Notes: a model not told the origin generated them from the letters alone. Positions 1-12,532 are shown, numbered from the stretch's first letter. The stretch: DNA of 64,000 nucleotides from an uncultured Nitrospiraceae bacterium (GCA_964447405.1 CAYUSP010000003.1:384135-448134); one strand, 5' to 3'. Program-made: numbers and translations.

Positions 1-1267
1 CCCTACTATCGATGCCACCGCCGCGTTGCACGTGATATGCCATGGGTGGCAGGGTTTCAGTGCTCAGCACGCGCGAGTAATGGAATTCGTGTCCACGAAC
101 TGTCTCACCTTTGCACAGGAAAGGACCATCTGACGCCGCCTCCAAGACAGCGTATCCGTGAGCCTGTGGGCGCTGTTCAAGGATAAAATCAACCGGGAAA
201 ACAGCTGTCATGGGATACGCTTTATCTTGTACCTGCAAACTCCTGCCCAGATAGATGAGCCCGCCGCACTCCGCATAAATGGGCAGCCCGCCTTCTGCCG
301 CTTCCTTGACAGATAGGCAAAAACTCACGTTCCCGGAAAGAGCTGCAGCCTGAGTCTCCGGGAAACCACCCCCGATATACAGTGCATCAAGACAAGACGG
401 CAGTACCGCATCCTGCAGCGCATTCAACTCAAGGAGATCTGCACCCTGCTCCTGAAGCGCCTCGAGATTATCGGGATAATAGAATTGGAATGCCGTATCC
501 CGGATAATGCCTATGACAACCCGACCTGTCTGAACCTTCGCGCTCGGCACGACCTGTACTGATGCGTCGAGCATCGGGACTTCCCGTGCGATGTTCCATA
601 ATGCTTCAAGATCGAGGTATTTTTCTGCAACGACCGCTGACGCTTCAATAGCGCGATCTACCTCTGGATGCTCTTGAAACGGGGTGAGCCCCATATGCCG
701 CTCAGGAAATGAACCCTTGGCCTGGCGCGGTATTGCTCCAACTACCGGAATACCACTGCTCTGCTCGATCGACGATCTAATCACCGTTTCGTGACGGCCA
801 GGGGAAACATTGTTTAGGATGATTCCCCTGAGGTCAACCTCGGCATCAAAATGCTTGCATCCCAAAATACATGCCGCTACTGTGCTGGAAGCTTTGGTAC
901 AATCGACGATCAGAATTACGGGAATCTTCAGCAGCCTAGAAAGACGGGCTGTGCTGTATGTTCCGGTCTCATCAACACCGTCATACAGACCCCGGTTCCC
1001 TTCTATCAGAGCGACATCCGCTTCGGAAGAGTGCCCCTGAAATGACCGCAGAATCCGCTCCCGATCCATGATAAAAAGATCGAGATTATAGCACGGCCTG
1101 CCCGCTGCCGCTCCCAGCCATCCCGCATCAATAAAATCCGGGCCTTTTTTAAAGACCGCAATACGACGACCGAGTTTGCGCCATGCAGCAATGATCCCTA
1201 ATGAGATCGTCGTTTTTCCCGACCCACCTCGAGTGGCGGAAATAGACAGCCTTGGTATAGTCCACAT
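1..1267 (-). CDS. dsrN: Cobyrinic acid a,c-diamide synthase family protein (CbiA/CobB-like; DsrN-type siroheme amidase). N-terminus in window, C-terminus beyond window start
   Basis: Reverse translation from ATG (complement of 1265-1267) gives MWTIPRLSISATRGGSGKTTISLGIIAAWRKLGRRIAVFKKGPDFIDAGW... (P-loop GSGKTT) and later ...GGFPE...IYAECGGLIYLG (glutamine amidotransferase motif of CbiA). Position immediately downstream of dsrABD matches the dsrN context. Confidence 0.8.
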   Translation of the reverse strand, partial: MWTIPRLSISATRGGSGKTTISLGIIAAWRKLGRRIAVFKKGPDFIDAGWLGAAAGRPCYNLDLFIMDRERILRSFQGHSSEADVALIEGNRGLYDGVDETGTYSTARLSRLLKIPVILIVDCTKASSTVAACILGCKHFDAEVDLRGIILNNVSPGRHETVIRSSIEQSSGIPVVGAIPRQAKGSFPERHMGLTPFQEHPEVDRAIEASAVVAEKYLDLEALWNIAREVPMLDASVQVVPSAKVQTGRVVIGIIRDTAFQFYYPDNLEALQEQGADLLELNALQDAVLPSCLDALYIGGGFPETQAAALSGNVSFCLSVKEAAEGGLPIYAECGGLIYLGRSLQVQDKAYPMTAVFPVDFILEQRPQAHGYAVLEAASDGPFLCKGETVRGHEFHYSRVLSTETLPPMAYHVQRGGGIDSR

Positions 1268-1275
1268 GCTGCAAA

Positions 1276-1509
1276 CTACTGGGGATTCGCCGATCCCTCA
1301 GTGTGGGGAATCTCGATAAAGCTTCCGCCGAAATAGGAATAGACCAGTTTGCCGCCATCAACGAGTTCGCGAATGGCTGCCTTGGCTTCTTCTTCAGTTG
1401 CACCTTCGGCGATCATGGCCTTCTTGATATCCCCGGCTTTCATTTTCTTTTTTCCCTGATTCTTTTCAACCAGGTCATACACTTTTTTTTGAACTTCCGC
1501 AGCGTCCAT
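1276..1509 (-). CDS. dsrD: DsrD, small winged-helix protein of the dissimilatory sulfite reductase operon
   Basis: 77 aa Lys-rich ORF (MDAAEVQKKVYDLVEKNQGKKKMKAGDIKKAM...LVYSYFGGSFIEI) directly downstream of dsrB; size and sequence pattern match the DsrD family. Confidence 0.8.
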   Translation of the reverse strand: MDAAEVQKKVYDLVEKNQGKKKMKAGDIKKAMIAEGATEEEAKAAIRELVDGGKLVYSYFGGSFIEIPHTEGSANPQ

Positions 1510-1598
1510 AATCGCACTCCTCCGGTTAAAATGTGCACATCATCAGAAAACCGGCCCCGGAGAAATACCGGGGCCGGTGTGTTCATGGCGCTATATTC

Positions 1599-2672
1599 TT
1601 ATTCCCACTTGAAGGTGGGAGTCATGCGGAACGTTTCGCGGGCAAATGTGAAATCGTCGATATGCTGATAGGTGAAGGGCAGTCCCGTCAGTTTGAAGAA
1701 CCGCTCCCAGCCTATGCGTTCGATCCACTCACCCATGCGCTCGTGCTTTTTGGCATTCTGCGCGTAGATCTCAACCAGATGCTTCACCGCTTTCACGGTT
1801 TCAGGCCAACGCGGCGGAGTGTTCGGCAGGAACGGGATGACCAGCTTGGACATGCGGGCAGGTCCGCGGGCATTCGACACCTTGCCACCGACATAGATGG
1901 AGATACCATCGCCGCCGCCATCGGCGATGGGAAGCGACGGGCACATCGTATAGCAGTTGCCGCAGTACATGCAGCGTTCAGCCTTGATCTTCACGGACTT
2001 CGTTGCCGGATTCGGGCTGATAGCGCCCGTGGGGCAGGAAGCGATCGTCGTGGGAATTTCGCACTGATTCGCCAGTGTCGCCTCGTTCACCTTGGGAGGC
2101 AGGCGATGGATACCGAGGATGGCGATGTCTGAGCAGTGGACCGCACCGCACATGTTCAAGCAGCACGCAAGTGCAATACGTACGCGTGCAGGCAGGCTCT
2201 TCGTGGTGAAATACTCGTGAAGCTCATCCATGACAGCCTTCACCACGCCCGAAGCATCCGTCGCCGGCGTGTGGCAGTGGATCCAGCCCTGGGTGTGAAC
2301 CACGTTGCTGATGCCGTAACCAATGCCGCCAACGAGATGACCGCGCTTCTTGAGGTCAGCGACCATTGCGTCAACCTGATCTTTCGCCGGGAAGAACTCG
2401 ATATTGTGGCGCGTCGTCCAGCGAAGGTGACCACCGCTGTATTTCTCGGAGATGTCGCACATCTCACGGACGTAATCCGTGCTCACCAGGCGCGGCGTGG
2501 CAATGCGCACGGTATACAGTTCATCTCCTGTCTCGGAAACATGCTTCATTACTCCCTTGTTGATCTGTTCATGATACTTCCACTTCCCGTAGTTCTTTGC
2601 GATCACGGGAGGCAGAAATTTATTATAATCAGGTGAACCAAGATCCGTTATTCTTTTCGGTTTGTCAGCCAT
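1599..2672 (-). CDS. dsrB: Dissimilatory sulfite reductase beta subunit
   Basis: 357 aa; siroheme/[4Fe-4S] Cys clusters ([35 protein letters not shown]); the order dsrA-dsrB-dsrD is typical. Confidence 0.9.
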   Translation of the reverse strand: MADKPKRITDLGSPDYNKFLPPVIAKNYGKWKYHEQINKGVMKHVSETGDELYTVRIATPRLVSTDYVREMCDISEKYSGGHLRWTTRHNIEFFPAKDQVDAMVADLKKRGHLVGGIGYGISNVVHTQGWIHCHTPATDASGVVKAVMDELHEYFTTKSLPARVRIALACCLNMCGAVHCSDIAILGIHRLPPKVNEATLANQCEIPTTIASCPTGAISPNPATKSVKIKAERCMYCGNCYTMCPSLPIADGGGDGISIYVGGKVSNARGPARMSKLVIPFLPNTPPRWPETVKAVKHLVEIYAQNAKKHERMGEWIERIGWERFFKLTGLPFTYQHIDDFTFARETFRMTPTFKWE

Positions 2673-2712
2673 TATAGGATTTCCTCCTTAAAATTATTCG
2701 CAGTTAGAGTGT

Positions 2713-3891
2713 TTACTTCACTTCACCTGGTGCCCAGAACACATAGGGATTCGTCCTCGGCGCCTTTACCATCTGCGGCACGGGCGGCAGACCGGTGAAT
2801 TCGAGCATGGATCTCATACCAATGCGGTCCACCAGTTCACCAATACGCTCGCGGTTCTTGCCGGACTCATCCCACCACTCCCACAGCTTGCGGATAAGAC
2901 CTTCGAGGTTGTCATAGGGCGCTTCAAGCTTCATGAAGGGCACAATAACCCAGCTCATCAACGCGCCGGTCACAATCGGGGCCTTGCCGCCGAGCATGAT
3001 CGTTGCACCCTTCTCCTTGCCTGGGCGGAGGGCCTTCGACATCTGGTTGATGCAGTGCATGCAGCGGTTGCAGTCCTTGTCATTAATCTTGAGCGCACTG
3101 CCGTCGAAGCTCATGCACTTGGTCGGGCACATATTCACGATCTCTTCCTGGATGTTCATCTTAGAGGCATAATTCTTTACTTCCGCCTGGTCGATGCGGA
3201 TGTTGTCTCTCCAGGTGCCGATGATGGACATATCGGCGCGGGCCACTGCTGCGGTGCAGTCATTGGCACAACCGGACACTTTGATCTTAAACTTGTACGG
3301 GAACGCAGGGCGATGGAGCTCATCTTGGAATTTATGGGTCAGCGTATGGCAGATCGACATGGTGTCGATGTTTGAGTACTCGCAGCGAGCCATGCCCACG
3401 CAGGAACTCGGTGTGCGGAGACAGGAACCGGATCCGCCAAGGTCCCAGCCCTTTGCAGTGATCTCTGCGAAGATCGGCTCAAGCTTATCGGTCTGTGTAC
3501 CGAGCCATATGATGTCGCCGGTTGAACCATGCATGTTCCACATGCCGCTGCCGTGCTTTTCCCATATATCGCAAAGTTCTTTCAGGGCTTTGGAGGTATA
3601 GAAGAATCCGGATGGCGGGTTGACGCGAACTGTATGGAAATGGGCCACGCCGGGGAATTCTTCGGGCAAATCACAGTAACGGCCGATAACACCGCCGCCA
3701 TAACCGAGGACACCGACGATACCGCCGTGTTTCCAGTGGGTGATTTTGTCCCGGTACGATCTCTCCAGAATTCCGAGCAGATCCTGCGCTGTGTTGCTCT
3801 TCTTTGCGGCCGTTTTAATCTCTTTCACAAAACTGGGCCATGCGCCTTTTTCAAGGTCATCAAGCATCGGTGTTTTTACATCTTTGCTCAT
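2713..3891 (-). CDS. dsrA: Dissimilatory sulfite reductase alpha subunit
   Basis: 392 aa with DsrA hallmarks: HWKHGGIVGVLGYGGGVIGRYCD, NMHGSTGDII, DLGGSGSCLRTPSSCVGMARCE, ferredoxin-like CPTKC...CNRCMHCIN, C-terminal NPYVFW. Confidence 0.92.
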   Translation of the reverse strand: MSKDVKTPMLDDLEKGAWPSFVKEIKTAAKKSNTAQDLLGILERSYRDKITHWKHGGIVGVLGYGGGVIGRYCDLPEEFPGVAHFHTVRVNPPSGFFYTSKALKELCDIWEKHGSGMWNMHGSTGDIIWLGTQTDKLEPIFAEITAKGWDLGGSGSCLRTPSSCVGMARCEYSNIDTMSICHTLTHKFQDELHRPAFPYKFKIKVSGCANDCTAAVARADMSIIGTWRDNIRIDQAEVKNYASKMNIQEEIVNMCPTKCMSFDGSALKINDKDCNRCMHCINQMSKALRPGKEKGATIMLGGKAPIVTGALMSWVIVPFMKLEAPYDNLEGLIRKLWEWWDESGKNRERIGELVDRIGMRSMLEFTGLPPVPQMVKAPRTNPYVFWAPGEVK

Positions 3892-4605
3892 TAGAAATCC
3901 TCCTTATAGAGTTATCTCATTGATATTAAAACATCACTATTCATGGGACATTTTTTTGTGCTGCGATCCGGAAAGTTGTTCGGAACAGAAACGAAGTACT
4001 GTTGCGTTATCACAGAGGACAAATTTATTCCGATAAGCTACAGGATCCCCCTTTCTTAGCAGAGTCAAGCACTCGGTATTTTTTGCAAATGAGGCGGGTG
4101 AGCCCAACAATCAAATACTGAACCTCAAGTCCTATTGAGTGTCAGGCATGCGATTGTATGTGTACTAACCTGATTAGTCAAATAAATAAAATTAATAAAA
4201 CCATAACGCTGGACAATTTCCAGAGTTTAGCATATTGCAAATAATTTATATAAATACAGGAAGATATGTTCTATTGAGAATAATATTGTATAGAGGTGTA
4301 ATAAATTGCAAATTCGTTGCCACAGAATTTCTATAGTCTGCAATCTTAAACCATATATTAATCATAAAGTTAGATTTCGTGATAATTAGCTAGCGCATCA
4401 AACAATTTGGTATTTGTACCAATTAATATCGTACCATAAGCATAATACTATGATTTAAAACACTAATTACGTAAAACGCTCTTGATTGGCATTATTACCA
4501 AATTATCGCTAGTAAAAGAACAAATTCTCTCTCACATTGACACTGGAAAAACCTTCTGATACGATGCGTCATGTCGTCAATGAATACAGAAAAAGAGGAG
4601 GGTAT
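3892..4605. promoter_or_regulatory. About 710 bp AT-rich divergent intergenic region: dsrA promoter/long leader on one side, osmC-family gene promoter on the other
   Basis: Strong compositional drop (many A/T runs, no ORF of 60 aa or more) between two divergently oriented genes. Confidence 0.4.
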
Positions 4606-5025
4606 ATGGTTGAAGCAAAAGTAACATTGGTCAAAAATATGCAGTTTTCGGGAATTGCGTCTTCAGGCCACAGCATCACCATGGATGCAGACGAACAATC
4701 TGGTGGTCAAAACGCCGGTTTCCGTCCTATGGAGCTTTTGCTCGTAGGTTTTGGCGGCTGCTCCGGCATGGATGTGATATCGATTCTTCGCAAAAAAAGA
4801 ACGCAGGTCAGCGGTCTTGAGATCTTCGTTAAGGGAAGCAAGACGGATAACAATCCCAAAATCTATAAGGAAATTCATATTGAATATGTTGTGACAGGCA
4901 AGGGCGTTGATAAAACCGCTGTCGAAAGGGCTATACGGTTGTCATTGGATAAATATTGCTCAGTAGGCGCTACACTCGCAAAAGCTGGAACGATCACCCA
5001 CAGTTATCGGATCATTGAAGCATAG
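4606..5025 (+). CDS. OsmC/Ohr family peroxiredoxin-like protein
   Basis: Start chosen at ATG 4606 preceded by AGGAGG; sequence ...MELLLVGFGGCSGMDVISILRKKR...DKYCSVGATL is OsmC-like with two conserved Cys. Confidence 0.75.
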   Translation: MVEAKVTLVKNMQFSGIASSGHSITMDADEQSGGQNAGFRPMELLLVGFGGCSGMDVISILRKKRTQVSGLEIFVKGSKTDNNPKIYKEIHIEYVVTGKGVDKTAVERAIRLSLDKYCSVGATLAKAGTITHSYRIIEA

Positions 5026-5091
5026 GTCTGTACTGATTGTCCGGCATGAGATTGCATAGAGACGGGCTGGCGCTTGATATTCACTGCATGC

Positions 5092-5754
5092 TCACAGTAT
5101 GCTCTCTTTTTTGATCTCCTCCAATTGGCTCTTCAGCGCATCGATCTGCAACTGCAGGTCGATGAGACGGTCTGCTATGGGATCAGGGATGTGTGCATGG
5201 TCTAATAACGCCTCATCCGGAACTCGCTCATCCTTGATCCTCACGATCCTTCCGGGAATGCCCACAACAGTGGAATGGTCCGGAACATCCTGAAGAACAA
5301 CTGAATTAGCCCCCATTTTGACATAATCCCCTATCTGAATGGGGCCGAGCACTTTGCATCCTGCTCCTACGACCACATGACTACCGATAGTAGGATGGCG
5401 TTTACCGCGCTGTTTGCCTGTGCCTCCCAGGGTCACTCCCTGAAAAAGCGTTACATGATCTCCAATCTCCGTTGTCTCACCGATCACGACCCCCATTCCA
5501 TGGTCGATAAACAGGCTCGAACCAATGGTCGCACCGGGATGGATCTCGATCCCCGTAATAAAACGGGCTAGCTGCGACAGGGCGCGGGGGAAAAAGGGAA
5601 CACCCTTTTTCCATAGCCAGTGAGCAACGCGATAGAATAAAAGTGCATGAAATCCAGCATAGGTAAGGGCGACCTCGAGTTTGCTGGTTGCAGCGGGATC
5701 CATAGATAATGCTGCGTTAAAGTCATTTTTAATCTTACGATAGATTTCGCTCAT
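5092..5754 (-). CDS. cysE: Serine O-acetyltransferase
   Basis: Hexapeptide-repeat acyltransferase with CysE signature IHPGATIGSSLFIDHGMGVVIGETTEIGDHVTLFQGVTLGGTGKQRGKRHPT. Confidence 0.88.
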   Translation of the reverse strand: MSEIYRKIKNDFNAALSMDPAATSKLEVALTYAGFHALLFYRVAHWLWKKGVPFFPRALSQLARFITGIEIHPGATIGSSLFIDHGMGVVIGETTEIGDHVTLFQGVTLGGTGKQRGKRHPTIGSHVVVGAGCKVLGPIQIGDYVKMGANSVVLQDVPDHSTVVGIPGRIVRIKDERVPDEALLDHAHIPDPIADRLIDLQLQIDALKSQLEEIKKESIL

Positions 5755-5822
5755 TATCTGATTCCGGTTCTCCTATAACTGAAATCCAAGCCTTGCTTAA
5801 TCCACGATCTGCATCACATTAT

Positions 5823-6386
5823 TTATTCTCGGAGCCATCCGGGAGGCACTCCGGCTTTGCGAGCCTCGTCAGGAATCGTTACCGCAATATCATTCCTGGC
5901 GATGTTGATATCCAATTGAACGCCCTTCATTTCCTCTTCAATCCTCTGGGCTTCAGCCTTGTCAGCCGGCGCAGCATTCATCGTCAGCAGGGATATCCTC
6001 TTCTGTTCAAGTGTTTGATACTGCCGCTCCAGATTCGCTAATCGTTCCCGCGCATCCTTCATGCGCATCTGCCAAACGGCCATCTGGCCTGCTTCGACTT
6101 CCGCATCGACCCTGACAGGCGCGGCAGGAGCACTGGTTTGCTCCCCATGTCCAGCGGCGGTATCTTCTTTCCCGGACTGCTCCATCATGTTAGCCTTTTC
6201 CCGGAATTTCTTCGGTACCTTGTCCAAGCTGTCGGTGATGTGGATAGCGCCCCTGTCATCAATCCACTGGTACAGGTAACGTTTTTTTGTCGCCTCATTT
6301 TCTTCCTGGCTTTGTTTCTCAGGCTGGGCCCAAGCAACCATGGTGCCCAACAATAGCGACAGCAGGATAACAAGACCCATACGCAT
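5823..6386 (-). CDS. DUF4124-like secreted coiled-coil protein
   Basis: Signal peptide (MRMGLVILLSLLLGTMVAWA) and YQWIDDRGAIHITDS motif typical of DUF4124; Glu/Lys-rich coiled region. Confidence 0.55.
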   Translation of the reverse strand: MRMGLVILLSLLLGTMVAWAQPEKQSQEENEATKKRYLYQWIDDRGAIHITDSLDKVPKKFREKANMMEQSGKEDTAAGHGEQTSAPAAPVRVDAEVEAGQMAVWQMRMKDARERLANLERQYQTLEQKRISLLTMNAAPADKAEAQRIEEEMKGVQLDINIARNDIAVTIPDEARKAGVPPGWLRE

Positions 6387-6390
6387 TAGG

Positions 6391-6876
6391 TCATACTCCT
6401 TTTACGATTGTCACTGCTGCATAAGCAGCCATACCTTCACCCCGACCAGCGAATCCAAGCCCTTCCGTCGTCGTTGCCTTAATATTAATGCAGGACCGAT
6501 CGACCTTCATTACGGCTGCGATGTTCGAGACCATTGCCGGGATAAAGGGTGCCATTCTTGGCTTCTCCGCGACAATGGTCGCGTCAATGTTCTGCATCTC
6601 GAATCCTGACTCACCCAGAAGCCGCCTGACCTCTTCCAGCAGCGTGAGGCTCGAAATGCCCTTGTATTTCGGCGCGGAATCAGGGAAATGTCTGCCGATA
6701 TCCCCGAGGCCTGCAGCACCAAGCAGCGCATCACAGATCGCATGAAGCAGCACATCCGCATCTGAATGCCCCAGGAGCCCCTTTTCAAAAGGGATATCCT
6801 CTCCGCCGATAATGAGCTTTCTTCCCTCGATCAGGCGGTGAACGTCATATCCGGTTCCAATCCTTATAATATGCAC
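6391..6876 (-). CDS. ispF: 2-C-methyl-D-erythritol 2,4-cyclodiphosphate synthase
   Basis: [15 protein letters not shown]...[31 protein letters not shown] matches IspF metal/substrate motifs. Confidence 0.9.
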   Translation of the reverse strand: MHIIRIGTGYDVHRLIEGRKLIIGGEDIPFEKGLLGHSDADVLLHAICDALLGAAGLGDIGRHFPDSAPKYKGISSLTLLEEVRRLLGESGFEMQNIDATIVAEKPRMAPFIPAMVSNIAAVMKVDRSCINIKATTTEGLGFAGRGEGMAAYAAVTIVKGV

Positions 6877-7565
6877 AGCCTTTTCAGTATCTCCTTTGCG
6901 ATGATCATATCTTCAGGCGTTGTGATCTTGATATTGTCATAGCTACCCATGATCACCTGAACTTTTTCTCCCATACTCTCCACGAGCGTCGCATCATCCG
7001 TGCCGTATAGTTTCTGCTTCTGGGACTCCACATGGGCGCATTTCAGGATCTCAGCAGGAAAAGCCTGGGGAGTCTGAATAGCCCACAACCTCGACCGATC
7101 CAGCGTAAGCAGAACGCACTGTTTATCATCAACCTGCTTGATAGTATCCTTAATCGGCACGCCGGCAGTATTGCATACACCTTTTTTCGCGAGTGCCACT
7201 GCCTCACTGATCATTTCCGGCGTCACGAAAGGCCGCACTCCGTCATGAACGACAACGACTGCCACGTCTTTTTCGAGCTTCTGCAGGCCTTTCGATACGG
7301 AATCCTGGCGTTCCCTGCCCCCCACGACGAGCGTCCGCACTTTGGTAATATGGTACCGTTCGATCACGTCGCGGAGACAGCCTTCGATTTCCTCCTCCGA
7401 TAGGATCGGGATAATGGCATCGATCTCAGGTGCACGCTGAAATGCAAGCAGCGTGTGAGCCAGCAGCGGTTTGTCTCCCAGCAACAGGAACTGCTTTGCC
7501 ACGGTCCTGCCCATACGCCTGCCCGTACCGGCTGCCGGTATGAGTGCAGTGACTGTCGGCATCAA
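6864..7565 (-). CDS. ispD: 2-C-methyl-D-erythritol 4-phosphate cytidylyltransferase
   Basis: N-terminal [12 protein letters not shown] nucleotide-binding motif; overlaps ispF start by 13 nt (ispDF operon). Confidence 0.88.
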   Translation of the reverse strand: MMPTVTALIPAAGTGRRMGRTVAKQFLLLGDKPLLAHTLLAFQRAPEIDAIIPILSEEEIEGCLRDVIERYHITKVRTLVVGGRERQDSVSKGLQKLEKDVAVVVVHDGVRPFVTPEMISEAVALAKKGVCNTAGVPIKDTIKQVDDKQCVLLTLDRSRLWAIQTPQAFPAEILKCAHVESQKQKLYGTDDATLVESMGEKVQVIMGSYDNIKITTPEDMIIAKEILKRLCIL

Positions 7566-7620
7566 TATTCCCTCATAGGTTGCTGCCGTTCCAGCTGGTT
7601 AATCATACGGCTGGTCTGCT

Positions 7621-8544
7621 TCATTTTTTATAATTTTTCACAACTATTTTAAAGCGTTTGGCCATCGGAGCTTCCATGTCTATACTTACTCGGAGCTGGA
7701 ACCTACCTGTATTTTCCCGATGAAAAATGTCGAAGGGGAGAACGATCTGCCCGTCTTCCAGAGATGCTTTCCCCAAATCGACTCTCATTCCCGCATCCAC
7801 AGCTTCCTCAAGCGCGGCCATCTCCGGTTTGGCCTCAACCATGAGAGCCCCCGGCAGGGATGGCTCACGGGGAGGCGAGTCCTCCATCAGATCCTCAGGG
7901 AAGGACTCCACAAAATCCTTTCTGCTACTGATGTCGCCGAGCGCAAAATTATGCTGCTCAGGATTTTTCTGCATATCCCGAAGCACGAGTTTGGCAATCG
8001 ACGTGAAAGTTTTGAGCACACCGGTACCATCTTTGGCGATGGCTTCATAGAACGGCACCCTGCGGGGATTCAGCACAGCATTCAGTTCTTCGACGGCAAG
8101 AACATCCGGGAGGTCCCGCTTGTTGTACTGGATTGCCAGGGGGAAATCGGACAGATCGATGCGCTGTTCCGCGAAGTTATCGCGGAGATTTGCCATGCTT
8201 TCCAGGTCCGCATCCAGCATGGTACGCTGCGAATCCGCAACAAACACCACGCCATCCGCGCCTTTGAGCACCAGCTTGCGGGTCGCGTTGTAAAAAACCT
8301 GTCCAGGGACCGTGTATAGATGGAACCGCACTTTATAATTTTTTATGGTCCCGAGCTCTAACGGCAGAAAATCGAAGAAGAGGGTGCGGTCTGATTCCGT
8401 AGCCAGCGATACGAGCTTCCCGCGCTGGCCAGGAGCAATACGGTGATAGATGAGCTGGATATTCGTCGTTTTGCCGCACAATCCGGGGCCGTAATAGACG
8501 ATCTTTGCGTTAATTTCACGCGTTGTGTGGTTCACCAGCGCCAT
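7621..8544 (-). CDS. MglA-family Ras-like small GTPase with a roughly 110 aa C-terminal extension
   Basis: Near-colinear with Myxococcus MglA over the first ~195 aa (EINAKIVYYGPGLCGKTTN, RTLFFDFLPL, FHLYTVPGQVFY, VVFVADSQ, IQYNKRDLP); extra acidic/Pro-rich tail ending KRFKIVVKNYKK. Confidence 0.8.
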   Translation of the reverse strand: MALVNHTTREINAKIVYYGPGLCGKTTNIQLIYHRIAPGQRGKLVSLATESDRTLFFDFLPLELGTIKNYKVRFHLYTVPGQVFYNATRKLVLKGADGVVFVADSQRTMLDADLESMANLRDNFAEQRIDLSDFPLAIQYNKRDLPDVLAVEELNAVLNPRRVPFYEAIAKDGTGVLKTFTSIAKLVLRDMQKNPEQHNFALGDISSRKDFVESFPEDLMEDSPPREPSLPGALMVEAKPEMAALEEAVDAGMRVDLGKASLEDGQIVLPFDIFHRENTGRFQLRVSIDMEAPMAKRFKIVVKNYKK

Positions 8545-8588
8545 AACTGCATAATTGCATAAAAAGGTGGGTATGTCAATATAGCCAA

Positions 8589-9407
8589 TCAGCTGTTTCC
8601 GGCCGAGAGCGCATTCAGCGCCAAGCTGTGCGTCCCATCGTTCTTGCTTGCAAGCAGCGGCACGGTCCGTGATAAGCCAACGGTGATAGGATCGAGTGAA
8701 GCTCCGGTGAGATCGGTCAGCACGCCGCCCGCTTCCTTCAAAATCAGCATTCCCGCGGCATAATCAAAGGCACGGGACGCGGTGCCGGTTGCAAAGACGC
8801 TCAGTGCCCCCGAAGCAAGATAGACGAGGTCAAGGGCAGTGGAGCCGAAGCAACGCGTGCGCTTCGCCTGGCTGATGAGCGGCATGATCCGGGGGATGTC
8901 TGTCGCGGGTGTCGAGGCCTCGTATGCAACGATCGTTATGCCGACTTCCTGCGGGGTTCGCATGGGAGCATGGTTCTTATAAGCGCCCCTGCCGCGTATG
9001 GCCCAGAACTCATCACCCACAGCGAGATTGATGACATAGCCGACGGACAGGCTCGAGAGCGTCTGCCCGTCCAGAAGTGCCAGCGACGTGGAGAAGAACG
9101 GGATGCCGCTCTTGGCATTGTTGCTTCCGTCAATGGGATCCACCAGCACAATCTTTGATCCAGCTCCGAATTTCCTGATGCCCAGTTCTTCGGAAATAAG
9201 CGTGAACGATTCACCGTCCCGCTGTGCACCCTCAAGCGCGGCAATGATGATGTCCTCTGCCCATTTGTCCACGGGAAAGGTCTTGTCCCCGCCAGCACCT
9301 TTTCCGAGAGGGATCAACCCCCCTTCCTTCGCCAGGATCGCGGACAGACCTTCACGCATTTCCTTTCCAATAGATTTAAAAATCTCCAGCCATTGCTCAT
9401 TTGTCAT
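8589..9407 (-). CDS. Inositol monophosphatase / FBPase family protein (SuhB-like)
   Basis: LVDPIDGSNN and FDYAAG-type motifs; start set at MTNEQW (complement of 9405-9407) with AGGAG RBS; the ORF is open further upstream to 9485. Confidence 0.75.
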   Translation of the reverse strand: MTNEQWLEIFKSIGKEMREGLSAILAKEGGLIPLGKGAGGDKTFPVDKWAEDIIIAALEGAQRDGESFTLISEELGIRKFGAGSKIVLVDPIDGSNNAKSGIPFFSTSLALLDGQTLSSLSVGYVINLAVGDEFWAIRGRGAYKNHAPMRTPQEVGITIVAYEASTPATDIPRIMPLISQAKRTRCFGSTALDLVYLASGALSVFATGTASRAFDYAAGMLILKEAGGVLTDLTGASLDPITVGLSRTVPLLASKNDGTHSLALNALSAGNS

Positions 9408-9639
9408 AAGTTCTCCTAATCCGAATAAACCGGTATCGAAAAAACAAAGCTTAAAGCATCTCGCGCCAAGCCGCAAAGGCGCCAAGAGAACTGTTACATC
9501 TCAATTTAAAAATAATTAATCTGTCTTTTCTTTGCGACTTAGCGGCTTTGCGCGAAATATTCTTGCCGTTTTGTGTAGAATTATAATTCTGAGTTGTCTA
9601 AAAGGGTAAGGTACAAGTCCCCACCCAGGACCCTGGCCC

Positions 9640-11469
<1,830 letters not shown>

Positions 11470-11580
11470 GGTGTGAAAATCTTACCACAGATGAACACGG
11501 ATGGACACGGATAAATGCCGATTAATCAGCGAAAATCCGCGTTAATCTGCGGCCGACTACTGTTTTCAGGTTGAAACATT

Positions 11581-12456
11581 TTACAGTCTTCTCATCCGAT
11601 CCGGCCTGAGCATGGTCGCATCGTTCTTTTGAACATACTCCCGGAGCGTCCTGACGGCCGCATCCCGATCAGAAGGCATGCGGACCCGGAGGGGAAGATA
11701 ATTCGACGCGTGGTTCGAGAAAAAGAGCCCGCGCATCTCGGTATGCTCAAGCATCTCTGCGAGTTCGGTCAGGATCGCGAAGGGGTCAGGCAGGCTGAAC
11801 GTTCCGGTTTGTTCGAGGTCGTAGAGCGGCGTGTTGGGCACGATCATGGTCGTGAGCGCGCCGACATAATCAGGATCGAGCTCCGAAAGCAGCCTGCCGG
11901 TAAGTCTTGCATGCTCGCTGCTCCGTTCGCTTCCGCCGATACCGAGCAGCACCGTGACCGAGAGCTTGATGCCTGCCTCTTTCACTCGGATGCCCGCCTC
12001 CCTCGTTTGTGCCGCGGTCACACCCTTTTGCATCCATGCCAGCAGAGTATCATCCCCGGACTCCACTCCAAGATAAAGGATGCCGAGACCCTTTTCCTTC
12101 AGAATTCGAAGCTCATCCGTGTTCTTACCAAGAATGCTTCGCGCATTGGCGTACATACCGATCCGCTGGAGCCGCGTGAAGTTCGCATGGAAAAGTCCAA
12201 ACAGGGAGAGCAGTTCCTGGTAAGGCGCGGCAAGCGCATCTCCGTCTGCAAGAAAGATCCGGCGCGTGTCCGCGAAGTCCGGAAGGCAGTCGAGCACATC
12301 CGCCTCCATTTCAGCGATGCTTCGAACACGGAATCGCTTGTCCTTGTACGCAGGGCAGAAAATGCAATGGTTATGCGTACATCCGATGGTGTACTGGAGG
12401 ATGAGGCTCTTGGCCTCGCTCGGAGGCCGGATGACGGTGCCCTCGTATTCAGGCAT
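11581..12456 (-). CDS. Radical SAM domain protein with atypical C-x4-C-x2-C cluster spacing
   Basis: GCTHNHCIFCP plus radical-SAM barrel features (LADGDALAAPY, YLGVESGDDTLL, LLGIGGSE); specific function unknown. Confidence 0.6.
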   Translation of the reverse strand: MPEYEGTVIRPPSEAKSLILQYTIGCTHNHCIFCPAYKDKRFRVRSIAEMEADVLDCLPDFADTRRIFLADGDALAAPYQELLSLFGLFHANFTRLQRIGMYANARSILGKNTDELRILKEKGLGILYLGVESGDDTLLAWMQKGVTAAQTREAGIRVKEAGIKLSVTVLLGIGGSERSSEHARLTGRLLSELDPDYVGALTTMIVPNTPLYDLEQTGTFSLPDPFAILTELAEMLEHTEMRGLFFSNHASNYLPLRVRMPSDRDAAVRTLREYVQKNDATMLRPDRMRRL

Positions 12457-12532
12457 GGTTTATCCTTTGATCCTCATGGGTGCGGGTTTCGTCTCAGTGC
12501 TTGAGCGAATTATAGTTCAAACGTTAGGCAGA

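Noticed and set aside
11629-12504. Long plus-strand ORFs (11629-12504, 13988-14839, 19313-19945, 20279-20719, 1533-2132) inside minus-strand genes
   Set aside because: - These are antisense shadow ORFs of GC-rich coding regions.
- The opposite-strand products (radical SAM, UvrB, PepN, DsrB) have clear homology while these do not.
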